Source of the DNA: Auanema rhodensis
Lineage: Eukaryota > Animalia > Nematoda
Length of the DNA: 64,000 nucleotides
Assembly (NCBI GenBank): GCA_964057225.1
Contig: OZ059899.1
Location: 6,758,001-6,822,000, forward strand
Direction of reading: 5' to 3'
Under the pieces are notes generated by a model. The model was not told the DNA's origin and did no database searches. It was given only the letters and a program-made list of their open reading frames with translations. Both the position numbers and the translations under genes were made by a program. Shown here one piece after another: positions 1 to 12,420 of this stretch (position 1 is the stretch's first letter; each line of letters begins with the position of its first letter).

Positions 1-1516
1 ACTTATCCTCAAGAAGTGGTACAGAAGCAGAATAATAGAAAACTCTGAATACATAAATTTTTAAAATTGAAAAAAATAAAATATGCTTACTCATGGTCAT
101 ATTTAGAAGCAACAGTTTCCAAGTTTGAATACTTGGCCTTTCTGACGTGCATCATATGGTTAACTTCATTCATCAATGGCTCGATTTCATCCTGACGATA
201 TCCGGAGTACTTGTGCAAGACAGGGGTCCAGGTGGCGCTCTTAGATTTCATCTTAAGAGCCAAAAGGAAACAAGCAGCAGCAAGTCTAGACTCAGAAGTT
301 CCGACGAACTCGTAGAACAAAAGAGAAGTCTCAAGAATGTAACGAGCCAAAGTCAAAGTAGCCATATCAGCTCGGCAAGTCTTGAAAGTAATTAAAATAT
401 ATTTTGAATAGAAAATAAATATCATACTCTAGCATATCGTCTAACGAAGCTATAACTCAAAGGAGCACCAAGATCATAACCGACAGTTTTCAGTAGCTTC
501 ATTTCCATTCGAATAAGGTCTTCGCGAGTAAATGTCTCATCAGTAACATATAAGAAATCATCAATAAGAGGAGGGCTTCTTTCCTAAAAATTAAAAAGTA
601 ATTGACAAAAAGTAAATAATCAAACATCAAATTTGCTAGCAATGAACAAAGCAGCGCAAGCAATGAGCTGCAGTTCACTCTTGGGAGTGACAACTTCAGT
701 TTCCAAATACAAATCTACAAGTTTAACAGCAAGATACAGAGTTTCGTGGTTGAGTTCAAAGGTTTCTTGGATCTGAAAGATGAGATTAGAATTTAAAATA
801 ATTTTAAAAAATTGTCACCTCAACCATCCAGTCGCACAAAATAGCTCTATTTTCTTTTCTCACAAATTTTTGAGTTTTCATGTAGTCAGAAACTTTGAAT
901 GCTCTCTGAATGAAGCGTTCGTAAAAAAAGTCTGATTATGGTTTAATACTTCTCTGGCTCTTCCATATTTGAAGATATCCAGAGCGAACATGTGAACAGA
1001 AAATGGATCATTTGCACATTCACTGTCAAAATCGTAATTTGGGCACGGATCTTCAACGGGGATCTCAATAACTGAAGCTTCTCTGAAAATAACAAAATTA
1101 ACACGAAATATATCAAATTTACAAACTTGTTTTCGACTTCAAGAACAACACCAAGATCACCAGCGCTGTTAGATCTCTTGCCACTACGTTTGTTAGAAAT
1201 TTGCTTTTTCTCAGCATTAAGAATCTTCTTCGAAGAATCAATTAACACATTAGATATAGCCTTAAAACCGTATAGTAGAAAACTTTAAATAAAATTTAAA
1301 CTTACATTGCTCAAATCACATAAGGCAGCTCTTTTAGCTTTAGGTTCACCCTTCACGACGTTTTCGTCGACGACGGCAGGCTTACGGCCACGCTTAGCAA
1401 GAGCGTCGACTGAACATTAGAACGTAAACAAATCGTATGAATAAAATACCTGGTTTTGTTGGTAAAATCCCAGCCATGATATTATTAGCATTAGTACTGC
1501 GGCTTCTGAGCATCAT
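1..1516 (-). CDS. cyb-3: Cyclin B3, multi-exon; 3' end continues beyond the window start
   Basis: Starts MMLRSRST (ATG 1516). Destruction box RAALCDLSN at ~1306-1332. Cyclin box W..|IQETFELNHETLYLAVKLVDLYL. C-terminal TLTLARYILETSLLFYEFVGTSESRLAAACFLLA and SKYDHE|VFYYSASVPLL match C. elegans CYB-3 as recalled. Confidence 0.95.
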
Positions 1517-1893
1517 CTTCACAGACGTTTATACACACAAGTTATAGTACAGGAACAGATAAAGGTAAGTAAATGGAGCCCAAGGAAAGTTAGTAAGAAG
1601 CCCTGCAAGTTGAACATGAAAAAATAATACTGGTGTCTTAAAGGAACAATTAAAAAAACAGCCGCTCCACTCTGCAGAACTAGTATAAATGAAGTGAACA
1701 GACGCCACAGGGCGTCCAATCCCTCAGATACAGTACCACACGCAACATGATAGAAAACAGTAATATAAAATAATTCTGCTATTGTACTTTATCTGATTGC
1801 TCCTTAGGGCTTTCTAGATCAGTAAACAACCAGCTATTAGAAGAATGTTTGAATATAATGATAAGTTATGGTCATCTACTGTCAACAGGAGGC

Positions 1894-1946
1894 AATTCAA
1901 ATCCCGCCGACGCACGTTAGATGTGCAGGTTAGCGAGCGGCGCGAA
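1894..1946 (-). promoter_or_regulatory. E2F/CHR (DREAM-type) elements upstream of cyb-3
   Basis: Minus strand GGCGGGA-TTTGAA (1896-1908) and TTCGCGCC (1939-1946), ~400 bp upstream of the cyclin B3 ATG. These match the E2F (EFL-1) and CHR (LIN-54) motifs known from cell-cycle promoters. Confidence 0.6.
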
Positions 1947-2298
1947 TGCCAAAAATTTAAAGAGAAGTATCTTTTGACCTCTGTAGTCTGCTGTTTGTAT
2001 CTCAACCATTTTATTATAAAACATTTATTTCTTAACTTTAATAAGATGGAGATAGAGCAGAAGTCAAAGAAAATTATATAAATATATATATTTATGTAAA
2101 TGTAAATGTGTAAATGCATTTGACGTAATATGGATGAAACTATGAACTAATACATATTTTCCAATATTAATAAATTATGGGGCAAGATACAGCCAATTTC
2201 TAAGATATAGAGAAGTTCAATTATGAAAAAGTTAGATCAGAATGAATCTTATCACGAAAGTCAAAGAAAACGAGCGTTAACAGCTTTACACGAATACT

Positions 2299-2439
2299 GA
2301 CCGACCGAGCTACCCAAGCCGGAGTGAGAGACATGCCGGATGAACCGGCCACATGTGATCTGGGTGTGGTGTGGGACAGGTCATCTAGATTGGAAATAGC
2401 CTTTTGGTGTTTATTATGACCCTGGGTCGTTTTTTTTTT
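2299..2439 (+). ncRNA. Candidate ~130-nt structured Pol III-type RNA, family unknown
   Basis: GC-rich island. Terminal stem CGACC(2302)/GGTCG(2425) is followed directly by T10. Internal stems ACCCA/TGGGT, ACATG-CCGG..CCGG-CATGT and GGTCAT/ATGACC. A-box-like TACCCAAGCCGG at 2311. Confidence 0.45.
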
Positions 2440-2586
2440 GCTCATAGCATGTGCTAGAAGGAAGTTACGACTCGATATTATCGGTTAATGTCAAAAGAAT
2501 TGCTAAAAGCTACCTAAAAATGATTGGAATGAACAGGATTGATTTTTGTATTTGGTAAAAGGGCTCCAATAAAGTAGTGAAGTGAT

Positions 2587-5146
2587 TTAAACCCTTAAAC
2601 GGAATAGTGAAGACATCGTGACAGGAGCTGGTTTAATATTAGAATAATAGTCTAATAAAAACTCCTTAGTCAATGCATCGTCAGAATTAGTTTCAGAAGT
2701 ACAATTTGTACAAAGGAATGTAGCGGGAAATTGATATTTTGGATACATTGGATCTTCTGAGTCACGTCCTCTTAATCGAGTATTTACAATGTTATGGGCA
2801 CGCCACAGATACATGAATACATCTTCAGGCGTTTTCACCTAAAAATGTACTGTAAGTTGAAAAAAAAAAGATGATTACTTGAGTCTCCATTCGGAATGTA
2901 TTCGTTGTCATTTTCAAAAAATGATCCCTACAATGATTACATCCAAAGAAATTGCCAACCCAGTCTCTAATAGATTGCAATATTGGAAGAGGTTGGAAAT
3001 CAGCAGCTGAAAAAAAAAGAGAATTCTATTCATCGAAACAAATCTACCTTGCGTAGCTTTAGCTTTATTATAAGCAGTGACTGTTAGTGTGTGGAAAGTG
3101 GTCCATAATCCACAAGTGTATCCACGATACTGTGGAGTAGATCCTCTACAATGATCCCACTCAGCTGACAACGGGAATGGGTGTCCAGCAGCTTCCTAAG
3201 TTATATTTGTTTTTATACTTTACCTCTCATTTGAATTATACCTCTGCTGCAATAAACTCTTTTTGATAGTCATCAATCGAAATTTCGTTTTCTAGTCCTC
3301 GAGTTTCCAAGAAGTCACGCAATCGAGAAAATACTTGAACTGCACGATTTGTCCGATCCAAATGGGTCTAATTGGAAAAAATAAGTACATAGATTAAAAT
3401 ATTATTTTACTTGATTTAGATTCAAATATGCAACTGGAAGATTATCAATCAACAAATTAATGAAGGAATGTAATGCTGTTAAATTGGTGCCAGAAAGAGG
3501 AGCTCCTGTTCTGGCTGTTTCTCTGTATAATGCATACCGCATTGCTTTCAAAATATCAACTTCCGATACATAGTACAGTTTTGCACATCTAATGAAAAGT
3601 ATTTAAACAAAATGAATTGTCAACAAACTTTTCTGGATCCGCTTCGCAAGGATCTGTTTTGTTTTTTCGGCTGCTAAACTGAATTGTCTGAAGATCTGTG
3701 TCGGAGACTGAGATGAAGTTTTCAATTTCAGTCAGTAAAAGTCGTCTAAGTCTGTAAATCACATAATTTACAAAATAATTATTTAACTTCCGTTTACTCT
3801 ACAACAAGAACAGGATTGCGTTCTCCTTTTTTGAAAATAGCCAAGGAAGGAAAATCATTTATACTCAAAGCATCAGTTAATGCATGGTTTTTCAAGCATC
3901 GTCTGGCAATTAGAGTATCTTTATGCTTATGTAAATCGAGAAGTAACTAAAGTGAAATATTTCATGGTTTTATTTCCGAACAAATCATATCTAACCTGAG
4001 CTCCAGTTAAACTGGATTGATGATTTTCAAACACGATTGCCATATATTGAGCTGAAGCTGTTCGACCTTGCCATAAATCTCCATATGTCAGTATGCTGGA
4101 GATTTATAATAAGTAAAAAAAGTAGTATTAAAATGTGGAAGCAATCTATGTCTCTGTTAATTTTTCTACTGCATTTTTGACAGCAATATTTAAGCTTAGT
4201 ACATTATAAGCTACATCAATTTCTAACTACTCTTTCTTTTCTTATAATAAAACCTACTCATTTTCGTCCCAAAGTTTTAAGCTGAAATAAATTTACATTC
4301 TTGGAAAAAAATTTAATTTTTCAAAATGATTGATACGATTCGTTACTTACTCTCCGAGGAAGTCGAAAGTCGGCCAATCATCAAAACGGTTCACAGCATA
4401 ATCATCCATTACAAACTGAATTATAGATATAAATATAATTATGAATTTCTTAAATCAGTTTTCATACCTTCGTTAAATCATCTCTTAATTCAGCTATAGA
4501 TTGATGAGCTTTCATTTGAGTACTTGCCAGAGCTTCTGTTGAGTTTTTCGGGAAATACTAAACATACATATATGTACATATAATTGATTGTTACATCAAT
4601 TTGAATTTTATTATTATTTTTAGTTTCTCGACATATTGATCGGTTGTATACTACCAACAACAAACCTAAAGAGTCCACAAATGTTTTTCTTTTATGTCAT
4701 TGAAAGACGACACATAATACAAAAGACTAAAACAAGATACCTTCATATATGGGAAATATTGTACCCCATTTGCTCGACATGTCGCTTCATTCATGGAATC
4801 TGCGCAATTCATAGCAGCAAGACGAACTACATTTTGCCATCCACGAATATCATTAGCTAAAGCTTTGTAAATAGGAGCAAAGGCACGACAGTGTCCACAC
4901 CAATCCGAATAAAACTGTTATGTAAAATTATATTTTTATAGTTATAATACGTTTTTATACCTCGACCACATACGCAGGACAGTTCTCACCTTCACAAAAA
5001 ACTGTATCATTAAAGGTGGAAGCGTCAAGTTGAATAACGTAGTCTTCAGGTGAATACAGAGTTGGATTGCTTCCTTTAGGAATTATTCCATAATAGGCCT
5101 GTTCTCCAAAAGCATACCGAAACAAAAGTAAGAATATAGGCAACAT
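2587..5146 (-). CDS. Quiescin sulfhydryl oxidase (QSOX; thioredoxin + ERV/ALR domains), multi-exon
   Basis: Signal peptide MLPIFLLLFRYAFG after a TTTCAG acceptor. Thioredoxin motif FYSDWCGHCRAFAP. ERV motifs CRGSTPQYRGYTCGLWTTFH, FFGCNHCRDHF and LWRAHNIVNTRL..EDPMYPKYQFP..CTNC. Confidence 0.95.
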
Positions 5147-5929
5147 CTTGCGAAGCTGAAATATTATCATTAAAAGTACGCTACGCAACCACGAAAGTAC
5201 GAAAATTTATTGCGATGGGATCAAAATCTGGATAAGCTGACAAACAATTTGAGTGCCGAGAAGAAAATGTCAAAGTGACCGGATTCTGGACATATCCTAA
5301 TGATTTAGAAAAGTGTCAAGCCGGTCACAATAGATCAAATGTCAAATTGGATTAGAATAAACAAAGTTTGGAACTATAATTGAGGAACTGTTCAAGAAAA
5401 TAAGGAAAACTGAATTCGATGACTGATCCTTTAAAAATCCAGCTCAAGTGAGAAGGCTGACTTTTGTGACTTTATCATGTGAAGATGTTGAGCTAATAAT
5501 ATCTGGCAATCTATTTTTATTTTGCACATCTCAGTATTATTGATGATTGAACAAACAAATTAATTAAGCAACCATGAGCTAACAACGTTTCAAAATGTTT
5601 CTGACTCAAATAGAACAGCCGTGTTTTTTAAGATATCTATAGAACTCAGATAAACTTTTGGAAAAGCTTTGATGTCGTCCTTTTTTTCTGAGAAAAATGA
5701 ATATGATGGATGAATGAATGACAGAATTTTTTGCGATCGATGAGAATGAATTTTTAGAAATCATGTTTCAATTTTAAAAAATTCAGTTTCTTTCTTTTTA
5801 ATAAGGAAATGTTTCAATTTAGTCTCACATAAAATTCGTAGAATATGTAACAATATGATAGTTTTTTCATTACAGTTATGAGAATGAAAATACGAATATC
5901 TTCTGCTTTTTTTTGCTTAAGAACCACTT

Positions 5930-6777
5930 TTTTTTGTACGAGAACTGAACTTTGATAAGAGAGACGGATGTGTCCAAAGACAGAGGAATGAAAATAATAA
6001 ACTTAAAGTGCTCCGAAGAAATTGAGCTCATAGACAGTTGACATGAAAATTTGAATCCAATTTATAAACTATAATAGGAAATCGGAAAAGAAAATGTCTT
6101 CTAATGTAAACGTTAAAACATAACTTTGATCTTATAGAACTTCGAAAAACGACTGACTGAGGGAAGAATGACTATTACATGATGTGGTTCCAGGATTCTT
6201 TATTTTTGATTCAAAGGGTCAAGAACAAAATTAGATTTGAACTTTGCGAACACTCAGACAATGAATAGTTCTTACATAGAGGTGGACAAATAGTTCAAAC
6301 TTGGCTAGTGAAATTAAAACAAAATCAGAAATATATGAAGACGAACACTAAGAAAATACATAAAGTTCTTTCTAGTCAAACAACACAAGGTGTGAAAAAT
6401 TTAGAGTAAATCTGTAATGTTATTTGCAGATTTTTTTGAAAATAAAGCTTCCAATGACAATCCACAAATATAAATACAGAAGATGATCAGCGACAGAGAA
6501 AATTCCTAAACTGCACGTTGTCCGTGCAGAAACAAGTGGTAAATACATAGATTTGAAATAGATTAAGCCTGAGAGGACAAGCATAGAGCGATGACGAAGA
6601 AGACGAAGAGGAGGAGGAGCTTGACAACCAAGGAGATGAAGATGAAGGGTAGGAAGAAGATGATGACAGAGAAGAACAAGAAGAACGAGATGTAGTTCAA
6701 CTAAAAAGGGAATAAACGATCCTACCGAAAAGAAGAAAGCTTCGAGAATGATTATCGTCGGTTAGAAAAATGTTCAG
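5930..6777 (+). pseudogene. Possible decayed multi-exon gene with an acidic tract
   Basis: Purine-rich blocks bounded by intron-like signals (TTTGCAG ~6429, GTAAAT 6539, CAG/GTTAAG ~6778). Frame SDDEEDEEEEELDNQGDEDEG*EEDDDREEQEERD at ~6587-6692 is broken by one TAG. No continuous ORF. Confidence 0.3.
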
Positions 6778-9700
6778 GTTAAGTTTCGACTTTTGTCACG
6801 ATCTCTTTCAATGAGCAAAGCTAAGCTCTTCAGAAACCAATAGAAATAAAAAAATGTCTGGGTATCAAATAAATATTCGCGTTAAATGTTTTAAATTATT
6901 TACTATACCAACATTTTTGCATGCCATAGATATCGTCACATCTAAATACAATATTTACATCAAATTTAAAATTAGTTTAAACGTGAGCCTTATCTTTTGC
7001 TAAATTTATCTCTCAGCCTCACACGAATAATCTTCTCTCTTTCGTTCTTGGATTTTAAAAGAATTTCAAAAGATGATATAAGCTGCTGACCGGCTCTTTC
7101 TCGCTATTCTCAGCACCAGTTTTTTTTTGCTTCTTGTAGTGAAGTAGGTGTTGATCAGGAAAAAATATTTAAAACAAACAACTTGTGTAGCAGACATGTT
7201 CAAGCTGCATAACTATTCGCAATCATAACTGTTTTCTAGAATTGTCAAATGAATGGTGAAGAAATGAATTTAACTTCAAAAATACTAAGGCTCAAACATC
7301 ATATAGTGGACTGTCAAGATGTCGGTCAAACTATTCTTTTAGATAACAGCTATTTAAACCTTTATGCAGTTCAAAGAACCATCAAGTAAAATTCAGAGCA
7401 TCTGGTACAAAGGTAGACTGGATTGAAGACTATTTGTGTTGAGACTGACCCTTTGACCAAACAAGGTAAGTTTCTCCGCTTCGACATCTAGCTCTCGATA
7501 CCGCTCACCTTTCTTCAAACTTTTATATTGTTTTCTTTTCATTCCTACTCTCTGATCATTTCTTTCTCTTTCTCGTTATCGAGTTAGGAATTTGCTCTAT
7601 TCTTATAAGGCAAAAAGAACTTAAAGTATATATTATTGATCAACGAATGAAAAAGAAAGATTGAAAGGGCATGTCTACTTGAGATGAAACAAGTAGAAGA
7701 AGAAATGAAAAGATTCATAATGTACGCATATATAAAAGGATGTAGTCCGAAGTTTTTTCATGGCCGAGAGGTTGAAATGTAACTTCAAAATAAAAGCGGT
7801 GCATAAAGTTCGGCTCGAATACTTCGCATTTTTCTAGTTCATTTGCTAAGTTTGAAAAAGGTTTTGAATTATTGAACAACATCAATCAACATATAACAAT
7901 GAGGATGTGAATGTCAGAAAGTTGAAAGAAATATGAACAGGAATGAACAATTTCCAATTACTCAACTTTCCTTTTTTTCTGGACACTGAAAAGAAAAATT
8001 AACTCGACGAATATGATCTAGACATGACATTACATGGATCTTAGTAGGCCAAATGAAGAACATCATATGGCTTAAATAGAAATAGGTTTAGTGAAGTCGT
8101 CGATGACGAGATGTTTCAAAACTAAGACGTGAGCCCAGAAACAAACAAACGTTATGTGATGAAAGGGAACGTCTTGGTTGATGGTTAAGAAAAAAGCAAA
8201 AGAAGATGGTCAACTTCTTTCTCTCAATATGTTGAATAAGCACCCACCGAAATAAAGATTATACCATATAAGAAAGAGACCGGTGGGGGATAAGGATAAA
8301 GCAACTAGTCGACATAAAGGCAACTACCACAAATAACAATAAAACAACTTTGTAAATTCAAGTGAAAATCATGTGGACACATAAATCGGTTGATCCATAA
8401 GTAAACGTAACGCGGAACAATTATGATATTTAAGAAACATTCCATATTATTTCACCTCAATACTTATCTCATAATACCATGAACTAGTTAATGATATTGT
8501 AAAGCAACAATTGTAGAAAACAAACCGATATTTTCTTATTTATGATCTCAATGTTTTCACTCAGATACATTAAACCATAGATGTGTACATGACATTATGT
8601 GTTTTAATACTATTGTCACAAGTTTCTTTTTTGTGTGTTGTCTCATATAAAAAAATTCTTAAATAAAAAAAACTGCATGTGTTACTTCCAAGGTATCAAA
8701 ATGTTTTTCTTATGTTTAACAACGTTGGTTTTTAAGGTTGTTAATAATGACTATTGGTAAATAAAAATATTTGTTTTTCAAGACCAACCCTTCATTCCAA
8801 TCATACCAATGCAAAAATGGCAATCGGAAATTTCTTTTTTCATCATCTTCTCAGATGTCTTCACATATTTGTGCTAGTTTGTTTTTCTAATGAAAAAACA
8901 CATGACAAGAGTTTAACAGGCTCGGATAGCAACAGCTTTGTTGTATACAACTCTTATCATTTCTGAGTTTTTCACTCTACTATTAACTTTTACTCTAAAA
9001 AAAATTCAAAAACTAAAAAAATGAACTCTAATTATCTTATAAATTAGCTATTTTTTAAATTAAAGCCTTTGATAAATTATCATGATTTCGCATATATATC
9101 GTTATTTTATTTATTTCTTTCCTCCAAATCTTTTTAGTTTTCTATTATATTTCTAACACTAATAGCATTTTATGACTATTATATATAGATATATAATAGT
9201 TTTACAGTTTTTTCTTTTAAACTTTTATTAATGCAAAACAATTGCTGTTATTCGAATTATCTGGTTTTTAATAGTATTAATTAAATTACTCTAATACAAT
9301 CAAATAATCAATTTTCTCATAAACTTTCATAGGTTCTCTCCTTTTTTGTGATTAATAAGGAACAATATAAACTTGATACCTAATATTTACATACTTAGGT
9401 TTTTAATATATTATTTCCAAACAGTCATATACCAGTTTAAAATTATTAATTCGTTTTTAGTTCACAACAATTTCATAAATTATCAAAATATCAGAATGAC
9501 TCTTGACTCGTACGTGAAAAGCATTTTTTATCTAATACATGATTCTTCTTTATTTTGTTCATATTAGTCTTTGAAACAATTTAATTCATTAAAATATTTT
9601 ATTTCTTTTGAATAATTTTCTGAGTTCACCACGGAGGTAATAACCATAACTGATTAAAGTCGGAAGATAGGAATATTTAATTTGAACAATATAAAGAACA

Positions 9701-10273
9701 TTATAAAAATATTCGATGTAATTAAAAACATAGTAACCCGTAACTTCAGAAGTAATAGTTGCATTTGTGACCCTTTCTTTGTGCTGCATGTTATCACAAT
9801 GGCGAATATTTTCGATTACTGTGTAATTATGTTTCCAATGTATATGGCATTGCTTCTGTTATATTTAGTGGGTACATGATACACCGTTGAAACAATATAT
9901 TTTTCTTCCTTTTTAAGTAAATTTATTAATATTTCTATCTAGACTTTCAATATCTTAATTCAACTAGACTTCTTAAGACCTTTATTTATGTAGTTGCGAG
10001 TCTTGTATAATTACTGGAAATTAATAAAAACTATTTATTGAATGTTAAAATAATCTTTCACATAAACAAAAACAAAAATATTAAGGAAAGACGTTAAAAC
10101 AAATTACACTGTTGCTGCGTATACCACACAAAACTTTTCACGTACAGTTTAAGCGTCATTCTGTGCAGGGTGTCTGCTATCTAAAGCATATATTTAAGCT
10201 TCAAACCTATAAATAATATATTAGTTTTAACTATATTCAGAGTTTGTGTATATAATGCCCCATAATCGAATAA

Positions 10274-12012
10274 ATGTTTTTACGGAATAAAAAACTTCCG
10301 TCATACATTGAGGGTACTCAAGGGAGATATGTTCGACGTGCGAGTCCGCCGAAAGTACCCTCTGTGTCGTGTAAGTTTGATGTTTTATCAATTGAAATCA
10401 GTTTATTGTTTAGCTCATAATGTTGTAAAACAGTCTCCTCAAAGCAGCTCTTCGAAAGATTCACCATCCAAGTCGGGCTCTATTAGTCATAATCACCTGG
10501 GACATCAAAATGATGTTGATAACGGAAATGACTCTGTAGTATCTCTCTTACAGGTGAGCAATATAATTTTGATTAGATAATTAGCTTGGTAAAGCATTGA
10601 AACTGTGCAACGTGTCATACTTTTTTTTTATTTTTTAACTCATTTTATCTTCATATTTGTAACATTCCTGTATTTAAGGCCTATTCTGGAAACGAGCCAC
10701 CTTCATATAATTCATGTGTTAATAATAATTTAGGATCAACTTCTCAACTTCATGTATAATTAATTTAATCGTTTTATTTTTTCAAATAGTTTTTTTTATA
10801 GACTCATCATTCCCATATGCCTGACTATGCGAGCGGGAATCGTAGTCCTCAGCCCGGAGCTCTATCTTCTCATAGTTTCAAGTTAGTATTTATTTTAAAA
10901 AATAATATTTTTTTGTATTAGTGATCCTCGTCGTGAGCATGCACATCGAAAACCTCTAACTACATCTCATAGTATTGGTAATGTTGAATCATATTTGGAT
11001 AACTATGAACCTAGGTATCTTTAAATATTTATGTAATATTTTAATGGACTTTTTTCTTTTTTTAGTAGTAGTACATACATCGTTCCCCAGCAGCGGTTTG
11101 TTTCTTTGCAAAACTTACCTAGTAAAAATATAGGATCTTCTATTATAGGTTAGAACTCTTTTTATTTATGAATTGTATTTGTTTATGGATTTTGGTACAA
11201 TTATGTACATGAATATTAAATTTAGGTGACGACTGTTTAGTTTCGGGTACTCCACAACAAGATGACTTACCGCTACCGCCCAACTGGACAATCGAAGTTA
11301 CACCTGAAGGATTGAGGTACAAACTCAAACATAAAGCTTTTTTAATTATTGAAAGTATTTTGTAGATATTATGTTGATCATAATAATTGCCGAACGCATT
11401 GGATACACCCATTGGCTAAAGAGAGTTTACCACCACGGTGGAGGAAAATATTTCACGAAAAAGATGGGGTTATTTATTACAAGTGAGACTTTCTCATATA
11501 CTATAAATTATTCAAACATTTTCAGTGAGGTTGAGATGAGATCCCAAGTAGAACATCCTGGAATAGCTGCACCAATTAACAGAACTGAATCAATGTTGGT
11601 AGCAAGTCATCGAGCTGAAAGTGCTGTTGCTAATCTTAATATTATCGACTCTGAAGGTTTTTTTTTGATAATTTCTTGAGAGTTTCTTGTATGCTGTGTT
11701 TACAGAAGTTCCCGGGTGGCTACTCTTATATTCGCAAGCAGATTCGAAATTTGATCATCTGTTAGAAGTATAGTTGTTTTCACTTTTTTTGTGTCATTCT
11801 TATATTGCAGTGGGATCTTTTTCATACTAGCCAGTTAGAAGAATTTGAATATATGATGCTAAAATTGTATAAACAGGATGTAATTGAAACTGTTAGGAGG
11901 TATACCTGTTGTGAATTTGAATTAATTTTTTTTTCTATTTAGGTACGAAAGAATGCGAACAATGCTGAATAGAGAAATCGTAAGGCGAACTCAGCCACAT
12001 CCGAGGGAATAA
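10274..12012 (+). CDS. sav-1: Salvador homologue (tandem WW + SARAH; Hippo pathway scaffold), multi-exon
   Basis: N-terminus MFLRNKK..EGTQGRYVRRASP resembles the Salvador N-terminal motif. WW domains LPLPPNWTIEVTPEGLRYYVDHNNCRTHWIHP and LPPRWRKIFHEKDGVIYYN..EHP. SARAH region EVPGWLLLYSQADSKFDHLLEWDLFHTSQLEEFEYMMLKLYKQDV..YERMR. Confidence 0.92.
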
Positions 12013-12420
12013 TGGACAGTTTTATTTTGTACATATTTTTACGAGCTTAATTTTGACCGACATAGTGACAACTCTTACTTTGCAATATTTTTCCTCATAC
12101 TTTATCAACAGCTCAAAGTTAATTTTAGACGCTTCAGATCTTGCCTTGATTTATTGTGATGATAGTGCCTCAATATGTAATAGGACTCATAAAGAGAATT
12201 TCGTAAGCTCTAATATCTGTGCACACTTGAAATTAGAAAAACAATTTATTTCGATTTAGGCACAAGGTATTTTTCTCTAGAACGTATCCTACTGTTAATG
12301 TGTATGTTGAAGATTATGTTTTTGAAAAGACCAAAATCTTCATGATCCACAGATACAAATATCAGTAGGAGTATTTATTTTTTGATATGTTCCTGCTGAG
12401 ATGTTAAATTGGCTATACAC

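Noticed and set aside
147-395. 82-aa + strand ORF
   Set aside because: Antisense shadow of a cyb-3 exon.
2297-2320. Hammerhead core or telomerase template within the RNA candidate
   Set aside because: CTGACCGA does not fit CUGANGA, and CCAAGCC is not a full TTAGGC template.
10308-10580. 90-aa ORF as the sav-1 N-terminus
   Set aside because: Wrong frame for exon 1 and runs through an intron. The Salvador-like start is ATG 10274.
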